From NCBI GenBank assembly GCA_012295275.1, contig CM022679.1, forward strand, positions 6,324,001 through 6,388,000: a stretch of DNA of 64,000 bases, read 5' to 3'. The position numbers and the translations under genes were made by a program. The stretch is from Chrysomallon squamiferum. Its lineage: Eukaryota > Animalia > Mollusca. Shown here piece after piece: positions 1 to 14,154 of the stretch. Numbering within the stretch: position 1 is the stretch's first letter; each line of letters begins with the position of its first letter. The notes under the pieces are model-generated. The model ran no database searches. It worked only from the letters and a program-made list of their open reading frames with translations, and was not told the origin of the DNA.

Positions 1-299
1 TAACACGAATGTACAATTCAAACAGAAATGAAAACATAACTAACTGTAAACAGAAAGATAGATTTAGCACACTATTCTTTAACTCAGTGTATACAGAGTT
101 CAAAAAAAAAAGAAGAAAAAAAAGATAAAAATTACATCTGTAATAAAGATTAAATAAGTCTTCATGACATTTCTTTAGAAATATTTTTTTCATTATCATT
201 ATTATTGAAATTTTAATGTAAATGTTTGATAAATGTTAAAAAAAATATCTCTTTGGTTCGTTTTTCTTTTCATCAAATGTCCTACATGAAGAGCTGTTC

Positions 300-400
300 C
301 TGTGATACTGTACATAAAAGAACCCTTGCTGCTAAATTACAAAGAGTAGCTCAGAGATGAGTGATAAGCTGGGTTCCTGTTTCATGTCACCATCGTACCA
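300..400 (+). mobile_element. Decayed SINE-like interspersed repeat fragment
   Basis: tacataaaagaacccttgctgctaa is the reverse complement of the core seen at 3335, 7323, 24641 and 51845. Boundaries approximate; orientation is relative. Confidence 0.55.
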
Positions 401-944
401 AAAAAATATAAACTGTTAACATCTCAAAATCATCAATATTAAAATACACTGAGGTATATAAACAAATATTTTTTCAAACTTTTATTTCATTAAAAATGTT
501 ACAAAGTCTAAACACAAAGAAAGGTATTTCCAATATGAATCAAGAATAGCACCATGCATTATCTTGATATTCAATACTAAACATGTTTCTAACAATGCTG
601 TAATCACATGCAGCACAAGCCTGTTTGAAAAAAAATCAATATCACCTTTTCAAACATCCTTGGCAAACATGAATCACGTGTAACACAAATGAAGATATTT
701 TGTTGTTATCAAGATAGGAAAAAAAAACCCAAAATTAGAGAAAAAAGCAAAAACAAAAAAAACAGGGTTTAAAAACTGAAAAAGTCTATTACAAGCAGAT
801 TCTATACCAGTAAATGTCTACATGGTGAAACAGTTTTTAAAGTGTACAAAAAAAGAAAAAAAAAAAAAAAGAAAAAAAAAAAAAGAAAATTAAAATTATT
901 AGTTATTACGATAAAAGATAAAATTTAAGTATTTCATATTTCAC

Positions 945-1090
945 GATTCTGTTGAATAGGCTTTTCTTTATTTGCATTTTCCCATACAGAAAAAAACTGA
1001 ATTCTTTATAAATAGTGGTTAAAAAAGGAAATAGTCCAATAAGGATGATGGATCCTACAATGTATCAAATCTCAGGATTCACAATAAGGA
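945..1090 (-). mobile_element. Decayed SINE-like fragment
   Basis: tttatttgcattttcccatacaga...ctttataaatagtggtt...gaaatagtccaa is collinear with the 7282-7460 copy. Confidence 0.4.
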
Positions 1091-3331
1091 ACCTTCTGCA
1101 AAACATGTTGCTATCAACAAATTTATACATAATTATATATAAATAACAATCACACATAACTGACATATGACTGACTGTAATGCAGGGTTTAACTGAAGTA
1201 ATTAAACAGATAATAATAATAAAAACAGGTATTACTTGTCAAGTGTGAGAAATAACCATCATTGTCTGGTGTTAGTCACATAGTTAGGAAGTGAAATATG
1301 AGAAGTTTTAACTTTGAACCTGCTAGTTTATGAAGATTAACAGATAATATCAAATATCAGGTATCCAGAACAACAGGTTTAATGCCATTGCTGAGGGCGT
1401 TGTCTTGGTTGGGATCATTGTTGTAGACCCAGTGGCCCAAAATGAAATCACAAACATGATTCCCATTTTCAGAGGTTAAACAGCTGCAGACAGGGGTATC
1501 AACTGTGTTGTGTGTTTATAATTACAATGATAGTGTCTTACAGGATTTCACTGTCTTGCCCTGTTACCAAGTAAAAAATACAACTATGTTTATATTTGTG
1601 TTTGTGTCTGAGTGTGTATGTAACAGTATAGATGCATTTATGCATGTATGTATTGTTTATGTGGACAGTAATCTGCCTGTATATAATTAAACAGAACTAC
1701 TTGGCTACATGTCACACTATAAACAGAAAATATATAGGCCTATGTACATAACTGTCTATCTGAAAATCTGCCAATAAAAAGAAAATTTGGTGGTTATAAA
1801 AATAAAAATAGTGATTTTGCTTGGAGATATGTTCTTGGCACTGTGTCAAGTATTCAAGTTTCTGTCTTTACACTAAGAATAATGATTATGTATGTTATTT
1901 ATTTGTGAATAGAATGAAATAGTAATCCTGTCATCCTACAAAATCCAAAACAAACAAACAAACAAACAACAATAATTTATAAAAATTACACAAGTATAAG
2001 TAACAGTGAAGGTAATTTCTTGATCTATATAAATTCAAAAAAAAAGAAGATAAGTCCTGCTGTGCTGACAAGTGTTGACAATTAATTTTCAATCAATACC
2101 TGTTTCATTCATCTTCTCAAATGGTGCAATTAAACTCAGCGATATTGAAATAATTAACTATTATTTTTTAATTTTGGTTTCCAAAGTGGGCCATGAAATA
2201 GATTACAATATTAAATGTTTAAATAAAAATATTATAATTACGGAAGCTCCTTTCCTAACTGATATTCGATTTTATTTTAATTTTTAAAATAGAATTAAAA
2301 AAATAGATTTTTCAAAACAAAACAAAAAATAATAACAATGATAATAATAATAAATAATATTCACTATAAATACCAAATTAAATTTTTTAATTTCCACATA
2401 TAAATTAACAATGAAGTATTTATTTCAGTATTTGTTTCTATTTTCAAACAGTATTTTGGAAACAATTTTATGTTGCCATGTTTTAACTGACTGGATGACT
2501 AACACATCTAATGCCCTCGGCAAAAACATACACACTGACTTCAAACACTCAGACTCAATTTATTGATTTGACTTCTGTAAACATTTATCCATAAATACAG
2601 TAAAAGATCCCAGTAAAGATCAGTAAGAAAGAATTTCACTAAAAACACAGTTAACAGTGTTTGTGTAATAAATAGAACATCTTTCCATACTTAAAATAAT
2701 AAATATCTGTAATATAATATTTTTTTATATTACATTATCTGTTGATACTTCTTCCACAAACTGCCTCTCAAACAAAAAAAGAAAGAAATGTTAATGTAAT
2801 GACATCTCTGCACATATTTAACCAGTGTCTGTTACACTCACTGTAATAACTGTTTATAAAAGGAAAAACCAGGAACATCCTGTCATCTACAGTAATTACT
2901 TATGTTTGCAAGTTAACATCTGATAATTACTTTTACCTAGACTACAGGAGTTCAACTCGACTTCTAGAAAAGGAAGTAATCATAGCTGGTTATAACTTTC
3001 AAGATGAAGTAAGTTTCATTGTAACGTCAGAGAGAAAGAAAATAGATGTATTATAAAGCAAAAAAAACAGAAGAGATATACATATGCTAAAAATGATACA
3101 AAAAGGGTATCCCTTTGAATATATATATATACATGTAGTCTACTGAATGATATAAACTGCAACTACTTTACATGAAATTATATGTGACATGACATAAAAG
3201 AAATGAAAACTATTCTTCAATAATTATTTCATTTTCAGAATATGTTTAAATATTTTAAACAGATATGGTAAAATGCTTTAAATATATGTTTATATGTATT
3301 TGGGTGTGTGTGAGTGTGTGTTGTTCATTAT

Positions 3332-3512
3332 TGATTTAACAGCAAGAAATATTTTATATCTACACCTTCCTTTAGACAGGAAAAAAATGCAAAGGCCTTA
3401 TGTAAACAGATGTGAGATAGGGGGCTGGGTGTGAAATAGCCTGAAGCTGCACTGAAATTTGTTATCTGTAACACCTTAGGCACTTGTTCTAATAACTGAA
3501 CTACAGGCTGTT
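3332..3512 (-). mobile_element. Decayed SINE-like repeat
   Basis: ttaacagcaagaaatattttatatctacaccttcctttagacagga...gaaatagcc aligns by eye with 7323-7420. Confidence 0.6.
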
Positions 3513-4074
3513 CCTTAAGTAAAATTTAAGATGATGATGATGATTTAAAAACAAAATAAGACAAAAAAAAAACAAAAAACTCACAAACTATATCTGACAT
3601 ATATAATAAACAGGTTTTATGGAAAGATGGGTCAACCTGATATAGCAAGTGTATTGATGTATATTTATATGTCACACTGAATAGAACATGAATAAAAGAT
3701 TGTGTATAGTGGTTGGACAAAACATTTATTTTTGTAAAGAAAACCAGTCTCCAGTCCTGTATGTTATTAACTGACATAAATGGAGGATCTGTGCTCATGC
3801 TGATAAACAAGCTTATTTTTAATACATAATCTACAATAGTGCATGTTTTGTACATGACAATATGCAGATGTTTAGTTTTTATCTCTTTATTAGATACTGT
3901 ACCTGCATGTACCTGTACATGTCTGTATAAATTTTCTTAAAATAGATTATAATAAAAGACAAAAGTGGACATTTTTACATTATGAAAATTATTTGTATTT
4001 AAATAAACATTAATTAAAATATATCAAACAATTTATTTAGTTTGAATTTGTGTGGTTATAGACTGAATGACTGA

Positions 4075-4106
<32 letters not shown>

Positions 4107-5433
4107 TTTATTTATTATTATTTTTTGACCTGATATAGAGACTTTTACAACAGAACAGCATATAAAGTATTTATAGGCAAAGTAATGAAAATTCAACAAT
4201 GATCCAAACAAGACCATAAAAATTATCTTGACCAACTGTTAGATTAAACTATCGTTGGTCTAAAATATTTAACATCATAAATTATCATTAATACATGTCA
4301 GACTGCTCAAGAATCCATAACAATTTTTTCAAGTTTCACATGTTATAAAGAATACATATATTTTTTTGTTTTCAAAATGCACCTAATAAAATCAATGACC
4401 TCCTGTTTGAAAAAATACTTTGTAATTGTCAACATGCAAACACATAACAGGCAAGTTTCCAGTAACATGTCATTTACTGGTAACACAACAAATAATGGGA
4501 TATTAGTCTATCCATGACATTGCTATGGCAAACTTCATTTGTTCAAATAAAACTGCAGTATGAATTTATATAACTTATTAGCAAGGACCCTGATATCAGT
4601 GGTTTCTTCTTTTTCTTTTTTTTAAAGTAAAATTTAAAAAACATAATAATACTAAAATAATTTTAAAATAAAATATGAAATAGAAAAAAATAAGAAAAAA
4701 ATAGAAAAGAACTACATTTCCATCAGAAATCATTTTAAAAATAATAAAATAATAACAGTAGAAAGAAAAACTGAAATATTACGTTGGACTTATATTTTAA
4801 AGAAAAAAAGAAACACGAAAAAAAAAAAATGAAAAAATACCTAAGTTACAACATTATTATGAAGATTCAGTTATGCTGACAAGTATTCTGTTGAAACAGC
4901 AAGATACCAATTCACTATAATTACACAACAATTTTGAAGTTACAGAATAAAAATATGTATGTGAATTTAACAACATTTATGTAGATTTGGCATCTTTAAA
5001 TTCTGCTTGCTATCTGTTAAATTGCAGTAAAAGATATTTTAATCAAACATCTGTTCATTCTATCTCTGGTGTGGTTAAAAATATAGATGAAAATTATCTC
5101 AGATTCTAATATATTTGTGAAATTTCACTGCATGCATGCAGTGTGTTGCAGCAGATAAAGCATGTACACAGAAACTCTGACCCTGCTAACTGATAGAGCA
5201 AATACTGCAAATAAATGACAGCACAAACTTCACTGAAGCAGTAAGAAAGTGAATAAAGTCATCTCTTTCTTTAATCTCACAGTTAAGATGGTCTGCACTG
5301 TCATATTTTATCTGTATCAACTTCATTATACAAAAATTTGTAATTCTGTTATATTTATTCTAGTCAATTTTTATTCTCAGTTTTGAGCCATATTTATAAA
5401 TTTGTTAATAAAAAAAAATTGGAAATAAAATAT

Positions 5434-5441
5434 TCTCTCTC

Positions 5442-5473
<32 letters not shown>
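5434..5473. repeat. (CT)n/(CA)n microsatellite
   Basis: Direct reading. Confidence 0.9.
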
Positions 5474-6742
5474 GAGTCAGCCATAGACACCTGAAGAAAA
5501 CTGAACTTTCTTTCATTAGGTAACACAACAGAAGAACAAATCTCAACAAAGCGTATGAGATTTGTTTTGAAAGTGATTTGATCAAAAACATAGATCAACC
5601 TTGTAGTGGTCATCAACTGAAGCTTGTAATCCCTTTATTGGACATAATGTCAGCCAAGGGCACATTCCAGACTGTGTGTACATGTACATCAGCCAAACTA
5701 GATAATAAATAAACTGATCACCTAAAAGGAAAATATGACTTAAATGCATTTATCTATGCAACAGGTGCATTTAAAAACTAACAATAGCAATAACAATGCA
5801 TTACACAAAGTGCAACAGATAAAACACACCAAATAACTTCTTTCTTTTTTCATTTATTACACAGCACTGCTGATTGTTAAAACCAATTGAAATTATTATG
5901 TGTTTGAACATAAAAAATAATGAAATGTTTTAAAAATAGCAATTTATATGTGTTTAAATACTTTTGTATGTAGACTGAACATAAAAATGGAGTAAAATAG
6001 ATAGGTAACATACATCAGTATTAATGTTTATTTATTTATTTTACTATGGGAAACTTTTTTTTTACTGTAAACCAAAATAATCTGTAGTGAATTACTAAGT
6101 ATATGCATATACATATTTATAAACAAAGATAAACTTCAAAATATCTAATCCCACATTTGACCTCCTGCAAGTCTACTAATAGATTTTCAGCTGCTGTTAT
6201 TTGTTTTAAGGCTTTAACTGGACAGGTAATCAATTACTAACAGGTAAATAACATTGTGATGTAATCCAAAGCCTGCTGACTTTGAGAAATTTGTTATTAT
6301 TTATTACCTTACTTTAAGATCAAACTTACAAAGTTAAGTATCACAGTGAAATGCAAACAATGTTTAGCTACTGATGTTTAAATTTTACCTGTTACCTTAT
6401 AAAAAAAAATACTTCATGAAGATCTTTAATGGAAACTAATATTCAACATTAATGCTGGTATTTACAAACAGAGATATAGATTATGCTGGTGCATGTGTTA
6501 TATGATTAGTCCTCAATGTATCCAAAAACATGTAACTAATTTCAGCTAGTGTTTCAAAAGTTTGATCTGCAACAAAAGCCAGTACAAATTGAATGAAAAA
6601 AAAGTTAATCAGCAAATATATGCAAAGTTGGACAAAATGAGTATTAATTTACTCTTTTTTTTTAAATGAGTAGTTTAGAACAACATTAATAAATATTACA
6701 GCTGTTATAAACTTGTTATTTGAAAAACAGAATACCTCATTT

Positions 6743-6748
<6 letters not shown>

Positions 6749-6796
<48 letters not shown>
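6749..6796. repeat. (CA)n microsatellite
   Basis: Direct reading. Confidence 0.95.
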
Positions 6797-6800
<4 letters not shown>

Positions 6801-7281
6801 TACACACCACACACAGAGTCACATACCACATTGCATACATAAAAAAAATGACAGTATAATGATTTATTCTTTCTAGCCCTGGTTTCACACATGTATTTCT
6901 ATTTTTGGTTTGTGAAAATGAGAACAAAATAATAAGTTAAAGCTTTCTAAATAAAATGCTGATTCATTTGGTTAACAAAGGAACATATAAAAATATCAAA
7001 AAGTCATGTTATAAATTTAGCAAAATTTAGAACTATGGTTGATGTCAGCAACTAAAAGGGAGAAAAAGAACAATAAGAATTTGATAGATTTTTTGATGGG
7101 GGTTAGGGATTAGTCTTTTAGTTAATAACATGAAATATCAATTTAATTTTAAACCAGAAAATAATCTTTCTTTTAAGCTAAAATCCCAAAATGAAATTAA
7201 GTAAATAAAATTCAATTAAAAATCCACAAAGGAAAAACACAAAATAATGGCTATAATGAATTATACATTTAGTCAAACAGC

Positions 7282-7460
7282 AGGAATCCACTGCTAACAC
7301 ATAGCATGCTTTTCTTTATTTATTAGCAGCAAAATATATTTCATATACACCTTCCCACAGACAGGAAGGCACATACCATAGTCTTTGACAAATAAAGCAT
7401 TGGCTGATGCAGAAATAGCTCCACAGAAGACTAATCCTGTGACATTCTTTTAAATACTCA
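7282..7460 (-). mobile_element. Decayed SINE-like repeat (best-preserved copy)
   Basis: ttagcagcaaaatatatttcatatacaccttcccacagacaggaaggcacataccatagtctttga...gaaatagctcc; core shared with several other copies. Confidence 0.65.
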
Positions 7461-9576
7461 GGCTATTAAATAAATAATGTAGCATAGTGATTAATGATGC
7501 TGCTAGCCCATCTCCAGTACATGTAGTACTGGTAAACTAAAATATGTAATGCTAATTCCACAAACACCCACTGCCATGGCAAATATGAACTTCATCAACA
7601 GATACCTGGCTACCACAGGTCACCTCATCCCAACAAAGGAATGATACAAATGTTGATCAGATGTGTTTGTGAGCAGGCTGTTTGGAAAATATGTCTCCTC
7701 CACTATCGAAAATATTTTTAGACTAAAGGCTTTGTTCACTGGTTTTGTAGAAAAACATGTGAACATCATAAATATTGAAACTGTTTCATAGAAAATTTTT
7801 GAATATGTCAATAATACTCTAATCTCTGTTAACATATACAAAGAATTAATTAAACAGAACAGTGGATCACATGAAAATATGAAATGGAAAAACAGCACGT
7901 ATACATTTTTCACTGCTTATTTTTGAATATGAAACTGCAATATACAGATATGTTGCTCTGAAACAAACAATTAAACTTTACTCTGAGATTAACTTTACAA
8001 CACAAATAGAAATCTTTCACATTGTGAAAAGCTGGCTAAAAGGAATCAATAACCTGTTTTAGTATCTATAAAAATACTAATACTGGATTACAAAGTCCAT
8101 AACACTATAAATTACAAGCCCTTTCTAATAAACAATATCAGATATATATATATCTATATTTATATTTGTTTGATAAATTCTGATCATTTTGAAAATATAA
8201 TAAAAATGTTGTCACAAGAAATGTTTCAGTTTATATAAGTAAATATTCCTTTTTACTTGATAACTACAAAACACAAAGAATATAATTAAGTTCTCTGGGT
8301 AATTTTTACCGTGTTTCTCTCAGTGAACTGTTAAAATATGCCAGTTATGGACACAAATTCTAACTTTTGCTGACAGTTTTATGCAAGTAAGGACATAGTA
8401 TTTTAACTTAATGTTTAATAATAGTTTTCAGAAAAAAAAGAAAATTTCATATATATTTTAGTTTATGCTTCAGTTATGTTTTTTTTTTTTTTTATCTATT
8501 TCTACAAATAAAAATGTACTTAAAAAATAATGTACTAAAATAATAATAACAAAAATCAAATTAAATAAATATAACACATACCCATTAGATAATGTACAAG
8601 TACTTGCTAAATTATCAAGTGATTTGTCATAGGATTTCAGAGTGATCAAATAATACAGAAAGGATTATAAACATAACACAGGAATGCAATCTGGTTGATT
8701 TCAAATGCAAGACAGTCTTCACCCAGAAATAATTCTGCCAGCATCTCTATCTTAACAAGCCAAACACAAACAAGTCCTTGACACATCTCTTCCAATTGTT
8801 TGAGGTTTTGTTTTAGAATTTACCTGTAGGCCAACCCAAACTGCCAAATAATCAGCTACAACACTGTCAACAGATTTACGTTATTGAAGGATTAAAATAC
8901 AAATACAAATCTAATTTTAAACTTAACTTTCAAAATATCATTGGTAACTTACCTGCTTCATTTTTTAAAAAGCTACCAATGTACAGAAGCAATAGCTGCT
9001 GATTTTTTTTTTTTTTTTAAATTGATTTTTATGTTTAATAGTGTTTATAAATATACCCTGTTACTTTTTTTTATTTTATCTCACTGTACTTTTTTCATTT
9101 ATGTTTTATTACATTACATTATATTTTGTGTTCATGTAAAAATTATATATTGTTATGTTATGTTATTAAATAAGATATTATCTAAAAATAAGGTAAATGT
9201 AAGTTTCAATATACTTTACAAAGATAAAATTTTGGGTATAAAAATTGTAGATTTATATACCTCAATAAACCATATATATATGTGACATATATTATTTAAT
9301 TCAGTACAAACTAGAGAATGTGAATATCTTCTTTTGTTTATTTTTTTTTTGCATTTATTCCACAGCAATACTGACTGTCAAAAGCAATTGACCGGAGACC
9401 AGAGACACACCCAAAATCGTGTAAGTTGAAAGAAAACACTTTTCCCAATGAAATCATGATATATATCTCATGCCATTCAGGTATTGGTCCCAACAGTTTA
9501 TACAGCATATGATTCATATTACAGGCATTGTATGCTAGGGCAATTATCAAATCTGTTAATGGTAGTATATTTAGGG

Positions 9577-9578
<2 letters not shown>

Positions 9579-9632
<54 letters not shown>
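9579..9632. repeat. (GT)n(GA)n compound microsatellite
   Basis: Direct reading. Confidence 0.95.
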
Positions 9633-9641
<9 letters not shown>

Positions 9642-12600
9642 CTTGTAGGAGTCAATATTTTTTATAAATGTTGCATGATTTCTTTTTCATTTTTTTCCCA
9701 AGTAACTTATCTTGGAATGTTGTTCACCCATGCATAGAAAGGTGAAACCCATCAGGTATCCTTAGGGTTTACAAACCAGCTTTATAGCCAGTCAGTCAAT
9801 ATTTGTATTTACCTGGGCAATTCTCCCAGGAGCCACAAGGTTAATAAATCAAGACAAATCTCAACTGACAGGACATACATGCACAAAAATTGAGTTTCCT
9901 TTCATTTCTTTTTTAAATAAAGATGTTTTTGATGTGTCATTACAAGTATATGTACTATTGAACTGAGTTTGTAACTTTTAACCTTAAAGTAAAATTTTAA
10001 AAAGAAAACATTATCTCTCTTTTCCTGTTTCAGAAACAAACACATACTTGCTCATAACCTTACATAAACACACGTATACACACACACAAACATATTAAGC
10101 TTTTTTTACAATACTAATTCTAATACATATAATGCTGTCTTTCATGGTAACAGAATGTTACAAATCTTATTAGTTATCTAACAATAAATACCTTCTGTGG
10201 TGAAACCTCAGAGATAATTTAACAGTGTTCATTTACAATATGAGATATTATACATGATATTTCAGTCAAATTTCACTGTATCTGTTGTTGAAATAATATG
10301 TGAATAAGAATAAGTAAATTAATGCTTATTTAAAGATGGTTTAATATTAACATTAATTTACATTAGCCTTGAGAAAATAAATGCTACTGCACATACTATA
10401 GCCTTAGTTATGCCACCACTTGTTGTATCAGGGATAATGGAGAACTGGTTTTATTAGGAAACATTACTGCAGCCTTTGAATTTTACCATGGCACAGAAAA
10501 CAAGTGCCTTCCTTTAATACTTGCCTTGCTGCCTCATTTATATAAAACAAATTTAGTTAATTTTAATTATTGATTTTAATATAGCTACAACATGCAGTAA
10601 CATCAATGACATCCATGAAAACTTCATAAAAATTATTATGTTTCCTTGGTCCTACTACTTTAAAGGAGATGTTTGCCTGGGTGCTCTAACATTTTCAATT
10701 AAACCCAAATCTACTGCTGCTGTGGCTTATAATAATTAAAATTCAAAGCCTATCATTGTTATCTTATCCACTGTGAATACATATGTATTTTACAACAATA
10801 AAAAAAAAAATTGCAATAACATTTGAATCATGTTTTAGTATCTGTCATTACTTACATGATTGTAATATTAACATTTACACTTGTATAATTAAACATGGCC
10901 TGTTGTCTAGTTATATCTTAGTATAAACATATTTATCACAGGTTTGGAAAACACCTGTCAGAGTTTTCAATGAGGTTTTTAGAAGCTATAACTATTTCCT
11001 TAGAGCTTGGCAGTCTTCTCTGATTTGGGGTTTATGTCAAGTTCTAATTGAATTATATCTGCCTTAATGTTTGATTAAAGTTTAAAAAGCTCATTTACGT
11101 TGATATCATTATAACTTAATAAATAAAGTTAGCATTTACAATTTCCTGTGCACAGCTCACATAGAATCATAACTTCAAATACTAATTTATATTGTTTATG
11201 TAAACTGAATATTGTTGCATTAACTGAAACCAGAAACATAACCGATGCATACAAATATCATAAAATCATTTAATAAAAGAAAAGAAAATTACTGTGTATT
11301 GGTCTTAGCACTGAATCCAAACATACACAAATCGTGACAGTTTTTGTGTATATGAAACAATAACAATGGCATTATTTTGTGTACATGTTTATAAAACTTT
11401 CATTAATAGACACTGAAGTCATTAGTTAGTGTCAGAATAAAATCTCAATATCCAAATATAAAATAGTCAGTATAAAACACACTCTTTTTTGTTTAGATAA
11501 CTCTGGAACATGTTAAAATTAATAATGTTCCAACATACAAACTGGTATCTTGGATTGTGTGTCCAAGACTGATATATTTCACCCTAGTTGTTGTAACCAT
11601 ATTATTTCAGATGGCTGGCTGACCAAAAATAAAAGCCTTTTACAGTCAATCCTACCTTAACCTCCTTTACTAAACAACAAACAATAACTAGTGAAATGAC
11701 CATTGTGCTTTTGATTTAGATTATAAAAGCACATAATTACTGAGGCAGAATACAATTTAAATTACATCAATGAGCAATGTGATAATAAGCCCTGGGCAGC
11801 ATGTTGTGATAGCAGACAGGTGGTTGCTAGGTATGTGGTAACATTAACTCACTATCTAATGAAGCTGGTAATCCTCTATCAACATCATTCTCAAGGTGCT
11901 AATTTACAAGTTTGAAGTTTATCACAAAATACTCTGATGATCTGTTTACACAACTATTATTGGTGTCAGCAAACACAACAAAAGATTGTGATCTCAATTA
12001 CTCTGAAAGATTATGTTTTTACAGTTTGTTGAAATAAGATAAGAACTTAAGTTGTAACAGTTTAATTATAAACAATAATGCTTTCATTAACAAATAAAAA
12101 AGGATATGAAATAGTGTGTTAATAATATTTAAAAAATAAATAAATTTTCTGTCATTAAAATTATAAAAAAACAAAATTTATAAACATAATACACAAGATA
12201 ATGTTCTAACTAAATAATTAAACAGTCTTTCATTAATAATTTAAAAAAATCATATTTATTAGCATTTATTATTCTTGAAGCAAACGTAATAACTGCCTCT
12301 AATTAACCTTTTATTATAATAAACTTTTTATGCATTAGTTTATAAATTTAAAAAATATTGTTTATGTTTTTATCTTTTACAATTGATTGAATACTAGGTA
12401 CATATTTTTTAAATTCATAATTAATAAACAATATGAAAATTGTCAAAAATAAAATTATGAAATGCATATTTAATGCACTGTTTCATAATTATAATAATAA
12501 TATTAGGATTATTATCATTACAAAAACATACAACAAAGAAAAAAGAACAAAAGAAACAAAAACAAACAAACAAATAAAAAGACAGTCTAAACAAATGCAC

Positions 12601-13214
12601 TATAATTTTAAATAGTAACTGGTCATTTGCTTGTGAAATAAGTACAATGTAATTGTGTCCTTTTCAGTGACCCAGATAATAGGATTTAGAAGATACAAAC
12701 AATAGCTTTAATGCAGGACACACCATCTTGAAAAGAAATCTGCTAACACTTTAATCTGACAAAAATCACATCAAGATAAGTGCAGATTATCACTTACAAG
12801 AAGATTATAGTAATCATTGTTAAACTGTTTAAGGTTAACAGAGTTGTTGAAAACTGTTTCTATGTACATGAATCTATACATACTTATTCAATATTGTTTT
12901 ATAATAATTATCTCTGTTAAAAATAGGTGGCAAAAGCAATATATTTTTGATCAGTTGTTTATAAATGTGTTTAAAAAACATAGTTATCATCCTGAATGCA
13001 TGCTTCTAGCTATTTTAAAAAGTTTAGTTTATGTTATAGTGTATAAAGCATTCAAAAGTTTTAAAATTAAGTATTAGTAATTTCACTCTATATTAATATT
13101 AAGAAAATTTTATTGCTTGGAAAATAATTAAAAAGAAAAACTTTTTTAACAAAAAAAAAAAAAAAAAAAAAAATGTAATTTTATAAATTACTGTGAAATT
13201 AAAGCTATACTCAC

Positions 13215-14154
13215 CAATAAACATTATAGCCAGAAACAGAAAACTGTTGCCTGCTGCATGCAATGCTGCCAGTACAATTCCTGTAACAACACAGCACACT
13301 CCCAACATAGACAGCACTACAAGAACCCATCGAAATGATGTCACTTTAACAAAACACTTTACACATGGTTCTTTACAAACTCCATCATCTGAATGATTTG
13401 AACTAGTTGATCTGGTACGAGTGTGTCTGCTGTGGTGGGAACGTCCACCATTTTCGTGGTTTCTGTGTCTTGTTTGGTTCCTGGTTCTATGATCTGTTCC
13501 GTGGGTCCGTCTGTCATTATTCCTTGTCTGCCTGTGCTGGTTTGGTCTGGTTGGAGTGATGGGTGCAGACACATGAGAATGTAACAAGTCAGGTAAAGTG
13601 TCTGTCTGGTGGGGGTCTATTCTAGTAGAAATTCCTACATTAATATCTCTTGTCTGAATCTGTCTGTAAGGTGGCAGTTGACTCCGTCTACAATGACCAG
13701 CACCTGGTGCCACACCTGACTGACTTGCTGGAGAAAAGCTTGACTCTGCTGATACTAATGCTGGGTATAGATTTCCAGCATTTCCTTGTCTTTGTCGTGA
13801 ATCAGTGATCATCACTGGTCTTCCTTCAACATTTGCGTATTGCACCTGCACTCCATCGTGAGTTATCGATGACAGAGAATGGCTGGTGGGGAGAGCCTCT
13901 AATTGGTTCTCACTTGGATTTACTTCATTAACAGAGCTCTCTGAATTAACTGGCTGAAAGCAGATTTCATTATCAACTATATCTGGATAATTTGGCAGTG
14001 ACTGTCTGTTTTGTGAAAAAGGTAAACACCCGACAGAGCTGCCACTGCCCGATCCACTAGAAGAAGTTGACTTGCTTCCAGTTACATGTCCCAGCCCAGT
14101 TTGCAGTCTACTGGCCATAGGTACAATAATACCATCAGTGGGTGACAGAAACAT
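13215..14154 (-). CDS. Uncharacterised membrane protein, first coding exon (313 codons + 1 nt); downstream exons not found in the window
   Basis: Long ORF of elevated GC. Acceptor ttttttttcag| starts the exon at 14376; donor ATG TTT ATT G|gtgagt opens the intron at 13214. Protein: S/G/P/Q-rich disordered N-terminus, R/H-rich tract, Cys cluster CKEPCVKC, then hydrophobic segments FRWVLVVLSMLGVCCVVTGIVLAAL and FLFLAIMFIG. The ORF-track tail 13099-13214 is intron read-through. Confidence 0.85.

Noticed and set aside
1360-1502. Minus-strand open stretch VDTPVCSCLTSENGNHVCDFILGHWVYNNDPNQDNALSNGIKPVVLDT* as the next exon of the membrane-protein gene
   Set aside because: The phase fits, but the acceptor has no polypyrimidine tract and the peptide does not continue the interrupted hydrophobic helix.
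13099-13214. Phe-rich C-terminus of the 351-aa ORF in the track
   Set aside because: It is read-through past a consensus donor into an intronic poly-T tract.
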